A program made the translations under genes and the position numbers. From the IMG/VR virus record IMGVR_UViG_2526164599_000008: a DNA stretch of 36,480 nt. One strand, written 5' to 3'. Below, one piece after another: positions 10,122 to 17,831 of this stretch. The stretch comes from a virus (lineage: Duplodnaviria; Heunggongvirae; Uroviricota; Caudoviricetes). Below the pieces are notes generated by a model. That model did not search any database and was not told where the DNA came from. It was given only the letters and a program-made list of their open reading frames with translations. Numbering within the stretch: position 1 is the first letter of the stretch; every line of letters begins with the position of its first letter.

Positions 10122-11129
10122 ATGTCTGAGCAGACCATTGAAGTTAAACACGTTGTAGTTCACATTTTAGACAAACAACAAAATGGAGACGCTTCTGAGA
10201 GATTGAGTCCTGAAGAAGGTCTAGTTACTGAAGCCTCCCAGCGCCTTATAAACGATATTTGTGCAAAATATGCAGGACGCACAGGTAAAGGTTATGGCTA
10301 TTTTGAAGGCGATACGGATAACTATCCTATGGAACGAATGGCTGGGGACTTTCTCGAAGGTGTTGATGATTTCTACCAAAGTTCCTGCCGAATGATGCAT
10401 CACCTGACGGAACGTTCTCAGCGAGAAAACATGGCTACTGGTGGTTATGTTCTTTTTGCAAATATCGTGATAGGACACAATGAACACCTGTTGATAGCTA
10501 TTGTAAGCGCTACCATTGGATCCACTGTCACAGATGATTTTAACATCCAAGATAGTACCTATCTTGATATTGCTAAGCTGCGTATGGCTGGGCGCATTGA
10601 CTTAACCGCGTGGGAAAGTGGCGCAGAGCGCTATATCAGTTTTCTTAAGGGGCAAGGTAATGTTTCAAACTATTTTAAACAGTTCCTCGGCTGTAATGAT
10701 GTCTTAATCGCCAAACGAGAGTCTGAAAAGTTACGTGACGTTTTAAAAGCATTTGCGGCAGAGAAAGGACTTGACGGCGCTGAAAAAGATGCATTTCTTA
10801 AGAGTGCGTTTGAACACTTACATGCACTAAGTAAGGCTGGTGAACCACTTAGTCTTGAAACCCTTGTTAATGCCATTTGGCCCCAGGCTCCCGAGGAGTT
10901 ATCTGGTAAACTTGCTGCTGAAGAGTTGGAGTTATCGGATGGCTTCGTTCCTGATGGTCGAGTCATTCGGGCTCTGGTATCTTTTAAAGGCAAGTCTAAA
11001 TATTGGGAACTTAAGTTTGACCGGGAAGGGAAAACTGAAGGCTATATTGATTATGATCCGGAAACAAATATTATCACCCTACGTAATGTACCTGAAGAAT
11101 TTAGGGAAATGTGGATGACTGAGGTTTAA
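10122..11129 (+). CDS. NdpA/YejK-like nucleoid-associated protein homologue (cargo gene)
   Basis: 335 aa, the same length as E. coli YejK. Blocks GGYVLF, LLIAIVS, YLDIAKL, RIDLTAWESGAERYISFLKG, FKQFLG align by eye with YejK blocks as I remember them. AT-richer than the flanking phage genes. Confidence 0.5.
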   Translation: MSEQTIEVKHVVVHILDKQQNGDASERLSPEEGLVTEASQRLINDICAKYAGRTGKGYGYFEGDTDNYPMERMAGDFLEGVDDFYQSSCRMMHHLTERSQRENMATGGYVLFANIVIGHNEHLLIAIVSATIGSTVTDDFNIQDSTYLDIAKLRMAGRIDLTAWESGAERYISFLKGQGNVSNYFKQFLGCNDVLIAKRESEKLRDVLKAFAAEKGLDGAEKDAFLKSAFEHLHALSKAGEPLSLETLVNAIWPQAPEELSGKLAAEELELSDGFVPDGRVIRALVSFKGKSKYWELKFDREGKTEGYIDYDPETNIITLRNVPEEFREMWMTEV

Positions 11130-11131
11130 TC

Positions 11132-12337
11132 GTGGCGATTTCATTTGAGATGCTGACAGATCTGTATCGTCGTATGGAATTCCAAGAGGGGTTTCGTGTC
11201 GGTTCGCTGTTGCTCTTAGATCAGTCCGATTGTGATCTGGTTGATACTTTGCTTGATGATCCTCGTGAATATGGTCTTTCTATTGATACAGGCACTATCG
11301 CTCCAGGTAACACGATCATCCTACGTGTGACGTCACCACGGAGTGGACTGGGACTTGTGTTTTCCACCCATGAAAAATTGCTAAATGCTCCAAAGCATCA
11401 GTGCCTTGAGCCAGCTAATTACTTCATCCTAGAAACAAAGTTTCGTAATGATGATGAAGATATCCCCGTTTTCATCAGCAACTACCGGAAGATTCTCGAG
11501 TTCGTTAACCTGCTAAAAGAGGCCGCGGCCTACTTTGATAACTCAACTTGTCAGTTAGTTTTTCTGAAAAAAGAAGTTATCAAGCTATTACCGCACTTCG
11601 CTGCAGAAAATGTACAAAATTTGCAAAGAGAGTATCTTGATAACCTTATAGCTTGTTTCAATGATGATACCCATAAGGATCAGAAGCTAGATATTCTGAT
11701 TGAAAGTATCCAAGCAGTTAGTGATGGAATTGATTCACCTCTAGTATTCGCTTATTTACTGGACAATATTCAGCGTCTGCATGAAAAGTTTCTGAAAGGG
11801 TATCGTATCTACTCTTCTGGATTCTCTTATGACAAAGTAATGGATCAACTGCGTGCTGCAAAAGTCGAAGAAATGGGTAAAATCCACAAAGCGTTTTCAG
11901 ATATCCAGAACCATATACTTGGCATTCCTGTTGCCTCTGTTATCGTAGCTACCCAATTCAAAGTGGCTACGAAATGGTCAGGCCAAGGGATAACAAACAC
12001 AATAATTCTTCTGGGATGCATTTTTGCTGCAACGTTAATCTGGCTGGCACTTTCGAACCAGATGCAATCTATAAAGGCCTTAGGCGAAGAAATTGAATAC
12101 AAAGAAAAACAGATTAATAAGGAATATTCCTTCATTAAAGATGACGTGGCTGGTGTATTTAGCAGTATTTCTGCGCGACTAGACACGCAGAAACGTACGT
12201 TCTGGATTATACGTGGTGTTCTAGTTATGGGAATTATTACCGCTATCACTGTTTATTTTTGGTACACAAAACCAGCCCTTGACTTCATGCAGTACTTGAT
12301 TCACTGCATGAAGTCTTACTATTCGGTCAAAAGTTGA
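11132..12337 (+). CDS. Unknown protein with two C-terminal transmembrane helices, operonic with the NdpA-like gene
   Basis: 401 aa. GTG start 2 nt after the upstream stop with GAGG upstream. N-terminal soluble region of about 285 aa has no motif I recognise. Hydrophobic helices ITNTIILLGCIFAATLIWLALS and FWIIRGVLVMGIITAITVYFWY. Confidence 0.55.
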   Translation: MAISFEMLTDLYRRMEFQEGFRVGSLLLLDQSDCDLVDTLLDDPREYGLSIDTGTIAPGNTIILRVTSPRSGLGLVFSTHEKLLNAPKHQCLEPANYFILETKFRNDDEDIPVFISNYRKILEFVNLLKEAAAYFDNSTCQLVFLKKEVIKLLPHFAAENVQNLQREYLDNLIACFNDDTHKDQKLDILIESIQAVSDGIDSPLVFAYLLDNIQRLHEKFLKGYRIYSSGFSYDKVMDQLRAAKVEEMGKIHKAFSDIQNHILGIPVASVIVATQFKVATKWSGQGITNTIILLGCIFAATLIWLALSNQMQSIKALGEEIEYKEKQINKEYSFIKDDVAGVFSSISARLDTQKRTFWIIRGVLVMGIITAITVYFWYTKPALDFMQYLIHCMKSYYSVKS

Positions 12338-13097
12338 GGATAATGAGTTCCTTCTTGCGACTGGATTTGCCAGTGATCTTGAGGTTGTAGCTGATATCAA
12401 CCGACTGAATATTTAGACCGTTGAATGCCTGCCGCATTTCCGGGATATCGTTCACCGATATAATCATCTTCCCTTTGATCCTGCGTGCTAAATCTGCCAT
12501 ATGATCATAATTTTCTAGTCCGAACTCCACACCATAACCTTCCGTTCCCCAGTATGGAGGGTCACAGTAGAACAACGTATGCGGGCGATCATATCGTTCT
12601 ATGCACTGTTGCCAGTCCATGTGTTCTATGACCGTTCTGGAAAGCCGCAGGTGTGCCGCTGACAGTTCTTCTTCAATACGCAGCAGGTTGAAGCGTGGCG
12701 GGGATATGGTGGAGGTACCAAAGCTGTGCTCCGCCACCTTGCCTCCAAACGCCTGCTTCTGAAGGTAGTAGAACCGTGCTGCACGCTGGATATCCGTCAG
12801 TGTTTCTTCCGGGGTGATCTGCAGCCATTTGTAGATCTGCCGGCTGACCAGCGCCCATTTGAACTGGCGTACAAATTCTTCCAGATGATGTTTTACCACC
12901 CGATACAGGTTCACCAGTTCACCGTTGATATCATTAATGACTTCGATCTTGCCGGGTACCTTAAGAAAATAGAGCGCTGCTGCCCCACAAAACGGCTCCA
13001 CATAACATTCATGCGCCGGAAACAGCGGCAGGATGTGTTTTGCAAGGCGGCGTTTGCCACCAATCCATGGAACGATGGGTAATGTCTGCATTTTCAT
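12327..13097 (-). CDS. DNA N6-adenine methyltransferase, Dam-like
   Basis: 256 aa. AdoMet motif VEPFCGAAALYF and catalytic DPPY. Opening PWIGGKRRL matches the Dam family. Convergent with, and overlapping by 11 nt, the membrane-protein gene. Confidence 0.8.
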   Translation of the reverse strand: MKMQTLPIVPWIGGKRRLAKHILPLFPAHECYVEPFCGAAALYFLKVPGKIEVINDINGELVNLYRVVKHHLEEFVRQFKWALVSRQIYKWLQITPEETLTDIQRAARFYYLQKQAFGGKVAEHSFGTSTISPPRFNLLRIEEELSAAHLRLSRTVIEHMDWQQCIERYDRPHTLFYCDPPYWGTEGYGVEFGLENYDHMADLARRIKGKMIISVNDIPEMRQAFNGLNIQSVDISYNLKITGKSSRKKELIILNF

Positions 13098-13344
13098 AAT
13101 CTGTAAGCCTTTTACAATTATAAAAAATATGGCAGGCTAGTCTGGTCTCGCGAGACTGACTGAACCTCGGTCGGCTCACAGCGCATTCCTGTGGGGCGAT
13201 GGCCAGCCCGGTGTTCGGGTACCGGGCTGGTCGTTCTTTCAAAGTCATCATGCAGTGCACGTTTACATCTTCACTATTAACGCTGTTTAAAATCCGTATC
13301 CCGCCACATTTGTGATGCTGTCTCCACCAAACGAGGAGACACAC
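13098..13344. promoter_or_regulatory. Intergenic region upstream of the lysis/late operon; candidate late promoter
   Basis: About 250 bp non-coding. Contains the 12-bp palindrome GTCTCGCGAGAC and the stem-loop CCAGCCCGGT...ACCGGGCTGG. AGGAG Shine-Dalgarno before the ATG at 13345. Confidence 0.4.
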
Positions 13345-13695
13345 ATGAAAAACCTGAAAAAATTCATTCCCCCTGTTAAAAAACCTCGCCTCAGCGGCTG
13401 GCTGCTGACCTCAGTGCTGTTGCTGGGCATCATCGCTCTGGTCTCGCCACAGCAGTTGCCTGTTGTGATCTACAAGCTGGCACTTATCACGCTGGCAGCA
13501 GTGCTGGGTTACTGGCTTGACCGTTCGCTCTTCCCCAAAGCCCGTCCCGGTCAGTACCTGAAACATGACGACAGGCTGATGGCTGAAGGGCGTTTCCCGG
13601 TACAGACCGGCCTTCACCTGGTGTTTTCTGCTGCGTTAATCCGCCGTGCACTGATTGTTGCAGCGGTCTGCCTGGCTGTGGCAACAGGACTGTGA
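13345..13695 (+). CDS. Holin-like small membrane protein
   Basis: Track ORF 13312..13695 trimmed to the ATG at 13345. About 116 aa with two or three hydrophobic helices. Sits immediately upstream of the endolysin. Confidence 0.45.
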   Translation: MKNLKKFIPPVKKPRLSGWLLTSVLLLGIIALVSPQQLPVVIYKLALITLAAVLGYWLDRSLFPKARPGQYLKHDDRLMAEGRFPVQTGLHLVFSAALIRRALIVAAVCLAVATGL

Positions 13696-14426
13696 CCATG
13701 AACTGGCCTCAAATCACCCTCATTATTCTGTTCGCCTTTGGTCTGGGCGTAACCGCCATCAGACACGGAGAACCACGTAACGATAAATACAGCTTCTGGT
13801 GGCAGCTTGCTGGCAACCTGGTGATTGTCTGGCTGCTCTGGTGTGGCGGCTTTTTCAGCCAGGCATGCGCAGCGCAGCCCCCGCAGGCTGCGCTGCAGTA
13901 TCGCGATGATGTGATCCGTAATGCCCGGCTTGAATGGGGACTGTCTGCGCCGGTGGCCGATTTCGCCGCGCAACTGCATCAGGAAAGCGGCTGGCGACCT
14001 GATGCGATCTCGCCGGCTGGCGCTCAGGGACTGGCGCAGTTCATGCCTGCCACTGCCGACTGGATAAGCCAGTTGATACCGATGCTGAGCAGTCGTGAGC
14101 CGTTTAATCCGGCATGGGCTATCCGGGCGCTGGTCAGCTATGACCGCTGGCTGTGGCAGCGTGTCAGCGCCGCCAGTGACTGCGAGCGTATGGCCATGAC
14201 ACTGTCGGGCTATAACGGTGGTCTGGGCTGGGTACAACGGGACAGGCGGCTTGCATCACAGAAAGGTCTGGACAGCACCCGCTGGTTCGGACATGTCGCC
14301 ACGGTGAATGCCGGACGCAATGCGGCCAGCTGGCGGGAGAACCGCCATTATCCGCAGCGCATCCTGCGCGAACTGGCACCGCGATATCTCACATGGGGAG
14401 GCAGCAGTTGTGCGGCATCTGGTTAA
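13692..14426 (+). CDS. Endolysin, lytic transglycosylase (SLT domain), possibly signal-anchor-release type
   Basis: SLT signature ESGWRPDAISPAGAQGLAQFMPATA. Hydrophobic N-terminus ITLIILFAFGLGVTAI. Overlaps the upstream stop. Confidence 0.75.
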   Translation: MTMNWPQITLIILFAFGLGVTAIRHGEPRNDKYSFWWQLAGNLVIVWLLWCGGFFSQACAAQPPQAALQYRDDVIRNARLEWGLSAPVADFAAQLHQESGWRPDAISPAGAQGLAQFMPATADWISQLIPMLSSREPFNPAWAIRALVSYDRWLWQRVSAASDCERMAMTLSGYNGGLGWVQRDRRLASQKGLDSTRWFGHVATVNAGRNAASWRENRHYPQRILRELAPRYLTWGGSSCAASG

Positions 14427-15060
14427 AAAGCTGCCGTGGCGCGGCATTCTGCTGGCCATTCTTATCAATGCCTTTCTGGTCGGCCTGTATGCCATGGGAT
14501 ACAGAAGTGGTCATGACTCTGCAAAGCGTGACGGTGATACCGCGCTCAGTCAGTTGCAGTCAGCATTTGACGCGTACAAAACGGAGCAGGCAACGCTTGA
14601 GAATGCTGCGCTGCGGGCCTGGGCCAGACGGTATCAGGAGCAGGTGGCCGCCGGGCAGCGGGCTGAAGCCGGTTATCTTGAGCAGATTGCTCAACTGGAG
14701 AGCCGGAACAAACAACTACAGGGGCAAATTAACGATGTCACACAGCGCTGGATTGATGAAAAAGGTAAGAGCCATCCCATTGAGTGCGTGTTTACTCGCG
14801 GTTTCGTGCGCCAGTACAACGCCGCACTCGGATATGACAACGCATCCGTCGACACCGGTCATTCAGACTCAGTTGCCGCCGCTGGCACCCGCTCTGGCAC
14901 AGCGACCGGGCAACCTGAAACCACTGACACCCGGTTACGCGATTCGGGTGTCTCCCAGCGTGACGTTCTCGCCAACATCATCGACAACGCAGGACAATGT
15001 CGTCGCTGGCGGAACCAGATAAACGCGTTACTGGATGAACGGGAAGGATTACAGAAATGA
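14410..15060 (+). CDS. i-spanin (Rz-like)
   Basis: Track ORF 14308..15060 trimmed to a GTG at 14410 preceded by GGGGAGG. N-terminal TM helix ILLAILINAFLVGLYAM followed by a coiled-coil-like region. Immediately follows the endolysin. Confidence 0.6.
   Translation: MRHLVKKLPWRGILLAILINAFLVGLYAMGYRSGHDSAKRDGDTALSQLQSAFDAYKTEQATLENAALRAWARRYQEQVAAGQRAEAGYLEQIAQLESRNKQLQGQINDVTQRWIDEKGKSHPIECVFTRGFVRQYNAALGYDNASVDTGHSDSVAAAGTRSGTATGQPETTDTRLRDSGVSQRDVLANIIDNAGQCRRWRNQINALLDEREGLQK
14756..15022 (+). CDS. o-spanin (Rz1-like lipoprotein) embedded in the +1 frame of the i-spanin gene
   Basis: Internal ATG of track ORF 14393..15022. MKKVRAIPLSACLLAVSCAS carries a lipobox (AVSC). Pro-rich mature part. 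Wholly contained in the i-spanin gene. Confidence 0.6.
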   Translation: MKKVRAIPLSACLLAVSCASTTPHSDMTTHPSTPVIQTQLPPLAPALAQRPGNLKPLTPGYAIRVSPSVTFSPTSSTTQDNVVAGGTR

Positions 15061-15383
15061 CACTGCAGGTTGAATTCTGGACGGTGGTGAGTTTTCTGCT
15101 CACCTTCATGGGGTTTGTGGGAGGGCTCGCCAAATGGTTGTTCAGTAAAACAGAAGAACGCCAGGCGGCACGATTCGCCTCCCTTGAACAGGCCCTGCAA
15201 CAGTCCGCCTCCAACTGGGGCGAGCTGGAAAAAGAATTTATGCGATTTAAAGCGGATTTACCGCTGAATTATGTCCGTCGCGAGGATTATATCCGTGGCC
15301 AGACAGTCATCGAGGCCAAACTGGACGCGCTTTATAACAAACTGGAAGTGGTACAGCAGTACCGCAATACCGGAGGTCAATAA
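15057..15383 (+). CDS. Hypothetical membrane-anchored protein
   Basis: 108 aa with N-terminal TM helix and coiled coil. Overlaps the upstream stop. Confidence 0.45.
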   Translation: MTLQVEFWTVVSFLLTFMGFVGGLAKWLFSKTEERQAARFASLEQALQQSASNWGELEKEFMRFKADLPLNYVRREDYIRGQTVIEAKLDALYNKLEVVQQYRNTGGQ

Positions 15384-15694
15384 TGGTCGATATTACCCGG
15401 GTACGCCGCGAATCCCTGCGCTGGAGTTTGCTGGTTGCCCTGAACAAAACCCGCCCTTACACCGCCAGTGAAACGTTGCTGCTGGACGTGTCCCGCGCCA
15501 TCTACCCGGACACCACACCGCTGGAACTGCGCCGCGAACTGGATTATCTGGCTGACCGTAAAATGGTTGAGCTGGAGAAAAAACCTTCTGGCGACTGGTT
15601 TGCTGACCTGACCCGCCTCGGCGTAGACCTGGTGGAATACACCGTGGAATGTGGTCCGGGTATTGCCCGCCCGGAAAAGTACTGGAGTGAATAA
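15383..15694 (+). CDS. Hypothetical late protein
   Basis: 103-aa ORF, coupled to its neighbours, upstream of the terminase genes. Confidence 0.45.
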   Translation: MVDITRVRRESLRWSLLVALNKTRPYTASETLLLDVSRAIYPDTTPLELRRELDYLADRKMVELEKKPSGDWFADLTRLGVDLVEYTVECGPGIARPEKYWSE

Positions 15695-16239
15695 TGGCCA
15701 GACGCAGCACAATAGAAAAGCTGCCGGAAGACGTGCGCCGCTGGCTTGAACGGGCGCTGACTGAATCCGGCTTCAGCGGGTATAACGAGCTGGAGTCCCT
15801 GCTGCGTGAGCGGGGGTACGTCATCAGCAAATCCGCTATCCATCGCTATGGACAGAAGATTGAGCGCCGCTATGGTGCTATCCGTGCGGCAACAGAAGCG
15901 GCCCGCATGCTGACCGAAGGCGCAGCAGACGATCAGGATGCGCGTTCGGAGGCTGTGATAGCCCTTATTCAGACCGAGCTGTTCGAGAGTATTGTCCAGT
16001 TGCAGGAGGCGGAAGAAGGTGAAGTCGATCCTAAAGAACGCGTGGCCCTGCTGTCGAAGGTGGCGAAGAATGTGGCTACGCTGTCCCGCGCGTCCGTCAA
16101 CCTCAAAAAGTTCCAGTCTGAAGTACGGGCCAGAGCGCAGCAGGCAGCCAGCAACGCCGAGAAAATTGCCCGTAAGGGGGGACTGTCAAGCGACGCAGTA
16201 CAGGCGCTTCGTCGCGAGATTCTGGGGATTGCCACATGA
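15694..16239 (+). CDS. Terminase small subunit (Mu gp27-like)
   Basis: 181 aa, directly upstream of the large terminase. Basic N-terminal region, helical. Confidence 0.5.
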   Translation: MARRSTIEKLPEDVRRWLERALTESGFSGYNELESLLRERGYVISKSAIHRYGQKIERRYGAIRAATEAARMLTEGAADDQDARSEAVIALIQTELFESIVQLQEAEEGEVDPKERVALLSKVAKNVATLSRASVNLKKFQSEVRARAQQAASNAEKIARKGGLSSDAVQALRREILGIAT

Positions 16240-17831
16240 CAAAATCATCCGGAGTGATTTTAAACGCCGCTGGCGGCGGCCCCGAAGGGATGAGTCCCAT
16301 GGACGGGAGGAATAACCTTGCTCCCGTTTTGCCTGATACCTCGGCGCTGGATGCCCCTCCCGTTCTGTTGCCTTACCAGCAGCGCTGGGTGGCAGACACC
16401 TCTCCGCTTAAGGTGATAGAAAAGAGCCGTCGTACCGGTATTACATGGGCTGAGGCATCCGATAACGTACTGACCGCCGCCTCTTCTGCGCCAGCAGGCG
16501 GGATGAATGTGTATTACATCGCTTATAACCAGGACATGACCGTCGAATACATTCAGGCGTGTGCGATGTGGGCACGGGCATTCAACTATGCGGCCAGTGA
16601 AATTGAAGAAGGATTCTGGGAAGAGGACGACGACGACAAACACATCAGGACTTACACCATCAAATTTCCTGACTCCGGCTTTCGTATTGTTGCGCTCTCC
16701 AGCCGCCCGTCTAACCTGCGTGGCCGTCAGGGTATTATTGTTATCGACGAAGCGGCGTTCCATGAGCAACTGGACGAACTGCTGAAAGCGGCGCTGGCGA
16801 TGCTTATCTGGGGGGGAAAGGTACGCGTTATCTCCACCCATAACGGTGACGACAATCCGTTCAATACGCTTATCGGGGATATCCGTGCCGGACGTCAGGG
16901 AGGCAGCATACATCGCATCACTTTCCGGGAAGCCGTATCTGAGGGGCTGTTCCGGCGCGTCTGTCTGCGCACCGGGAAGGAATGGTCGGAGGCATCCGAG
17001 CAGGCCTGGATGGCATCGGTGTACAAATTCTACGGTGCCGGCGCATCCGAAGAGCTTGACTGTATTCCGGCCAACGGTGGCGGTGCCTGGCTGTCCCGTG
17101 CCCTGATAGAGTCCCGCATGTCCGCTGATACGCCGGTATTGCGTCTGACCTGCAAGGAAGGTTATGAACTGCTGTCTGATGAGGTTCGCTTCCGCGAGAC
17201 GCAGGACTGGCTTGATGAGTATCTGAAACCCTTGCTGGAGGCACTCCCCACTGATGCCCGCTCTTTCCTGGGGCGCGACTTTGGCCGTAGCGGTGATTTG
17301 TCGGTGGACTATCCCCTGCTGCAGGAGAAGAACCTGGTACGACGCGTGCCATTCGTACTGGAGCTGCGTAACGTGCCGTTCAGACAGCAGGAGCAAATCA
17401 CCTGGTATCTGATGGATGGCCTGCCCGGTCTGCTGGGTGCAGCGTTTGATGCCCGTGGTAATGGTGCCTATCTGGCTGAATACGCCATGCAGCGCTACGG
17501 CTCCAGCCGGGTTCAGCAGGTGATGCCAACCGAAGGCTGGTACCGGGAGCATATGCCTCCGGTCAAAGCTGCACTGGAAGACGGTAACCTGGTGGACTTA
17601 CCAAAGGATGAAGACACACTGGATGACCTGCGGGCCGTTCAGGTGGTGAACGGTGTCCCCCGCGTACCGGAGCAACGCTCAAAAGCAAAGGCTGACGGTG
17701 GTAAACGCCACGGGGATTCAGCCATCGCACTGGCGCTGGCGTATTTCGCCAGCCGTGAAATTAACAAAGGGCCGGTGAAGGCAAGCTCACGCCGTCGTCG
17801 TCAGGCGGCCCGTATGCTGGAGGGATTCTGA
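16236..17831 (+). CDS. Terminase large subunit (Mu gp28-like)
   Basis: 531 aa. Position between the small terminase and portal. Acidic patch EEDDDDKH. Size typical of large terminases. Confidence 0.7.
   Translation: MTKSSGVILNAAGGGPEGMSPMDGRNNLAPVLPDTSALDAPPVLLPYQQRWVADTSPLKVIEKSRRTGITWAEASDNVLTAASSAPAGGMNVYYIAYNQDMTVEYIQACAMWARAFNYAASEIEEGFWEEDDDDKHIRTYTIKFPDSGFRIVALSSRPSNLRGRQGIIVIDEAAFHEQLDELLKAALAMLIWGGKVRVISTHNGDDNPFNTLIGDIRAGRQGGSIHRITFREAVSEGLFRRVCLRTGKEWSEASEQAWMASVYKFYGAGASEELDCIPANGGGAWLSRALIESRMSADTPVLRLTCKEGYELLSDEVRFRETQDWLDEYLKPLLEALPTDARSFLGRDFGRSGDLSVDYPLLQEKNLVRRVPFVLELRNVPFRQQEQITWYLMDGLPGLLGAAFDARGNGAYLAEYAMQRYGSSRVQQVMPTEGWYREHMPPVKAALEDGNLVDLPKDEDTLDDLRAVQVVNGVPRVPEQRSKAKADGGKRHGDSAIALALAYFASREINKGPVKASSRRRRQAARMLEGF

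Noticed and set aside
13614-14237. 207-aa minus-strand ORF across the endolysin gene, and several other mid-size ORFs overlapping late genes
   Set aside because: The endolysin frame carries a recognisable SLT signature; the antisense frame is Arg/Pro/Gly-rich filler.
14308-14409. Upstream ATG start for the i-spanin ORF inside the endolysin gene
   Set aside because: It would add a 34-residue extension overlapping the endolysin by more than 100 nt. The downstream GTG has a good GGGGAGG Shine-Dalgarno and yields the expected short cytoplasmic tail followed by the TM helix.
16260-17552. Long antisense ORF (430 aa) opposite the terminase large subunit gene
   Set aside because: It lies entirely within a well-supported plus-strand gene in a GC-rich region. 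The translation is low-complexity and Arg/Gly/Pro-rich, with no plausible ribosome-binding site context. Typical spurious reverse-frame ORF.
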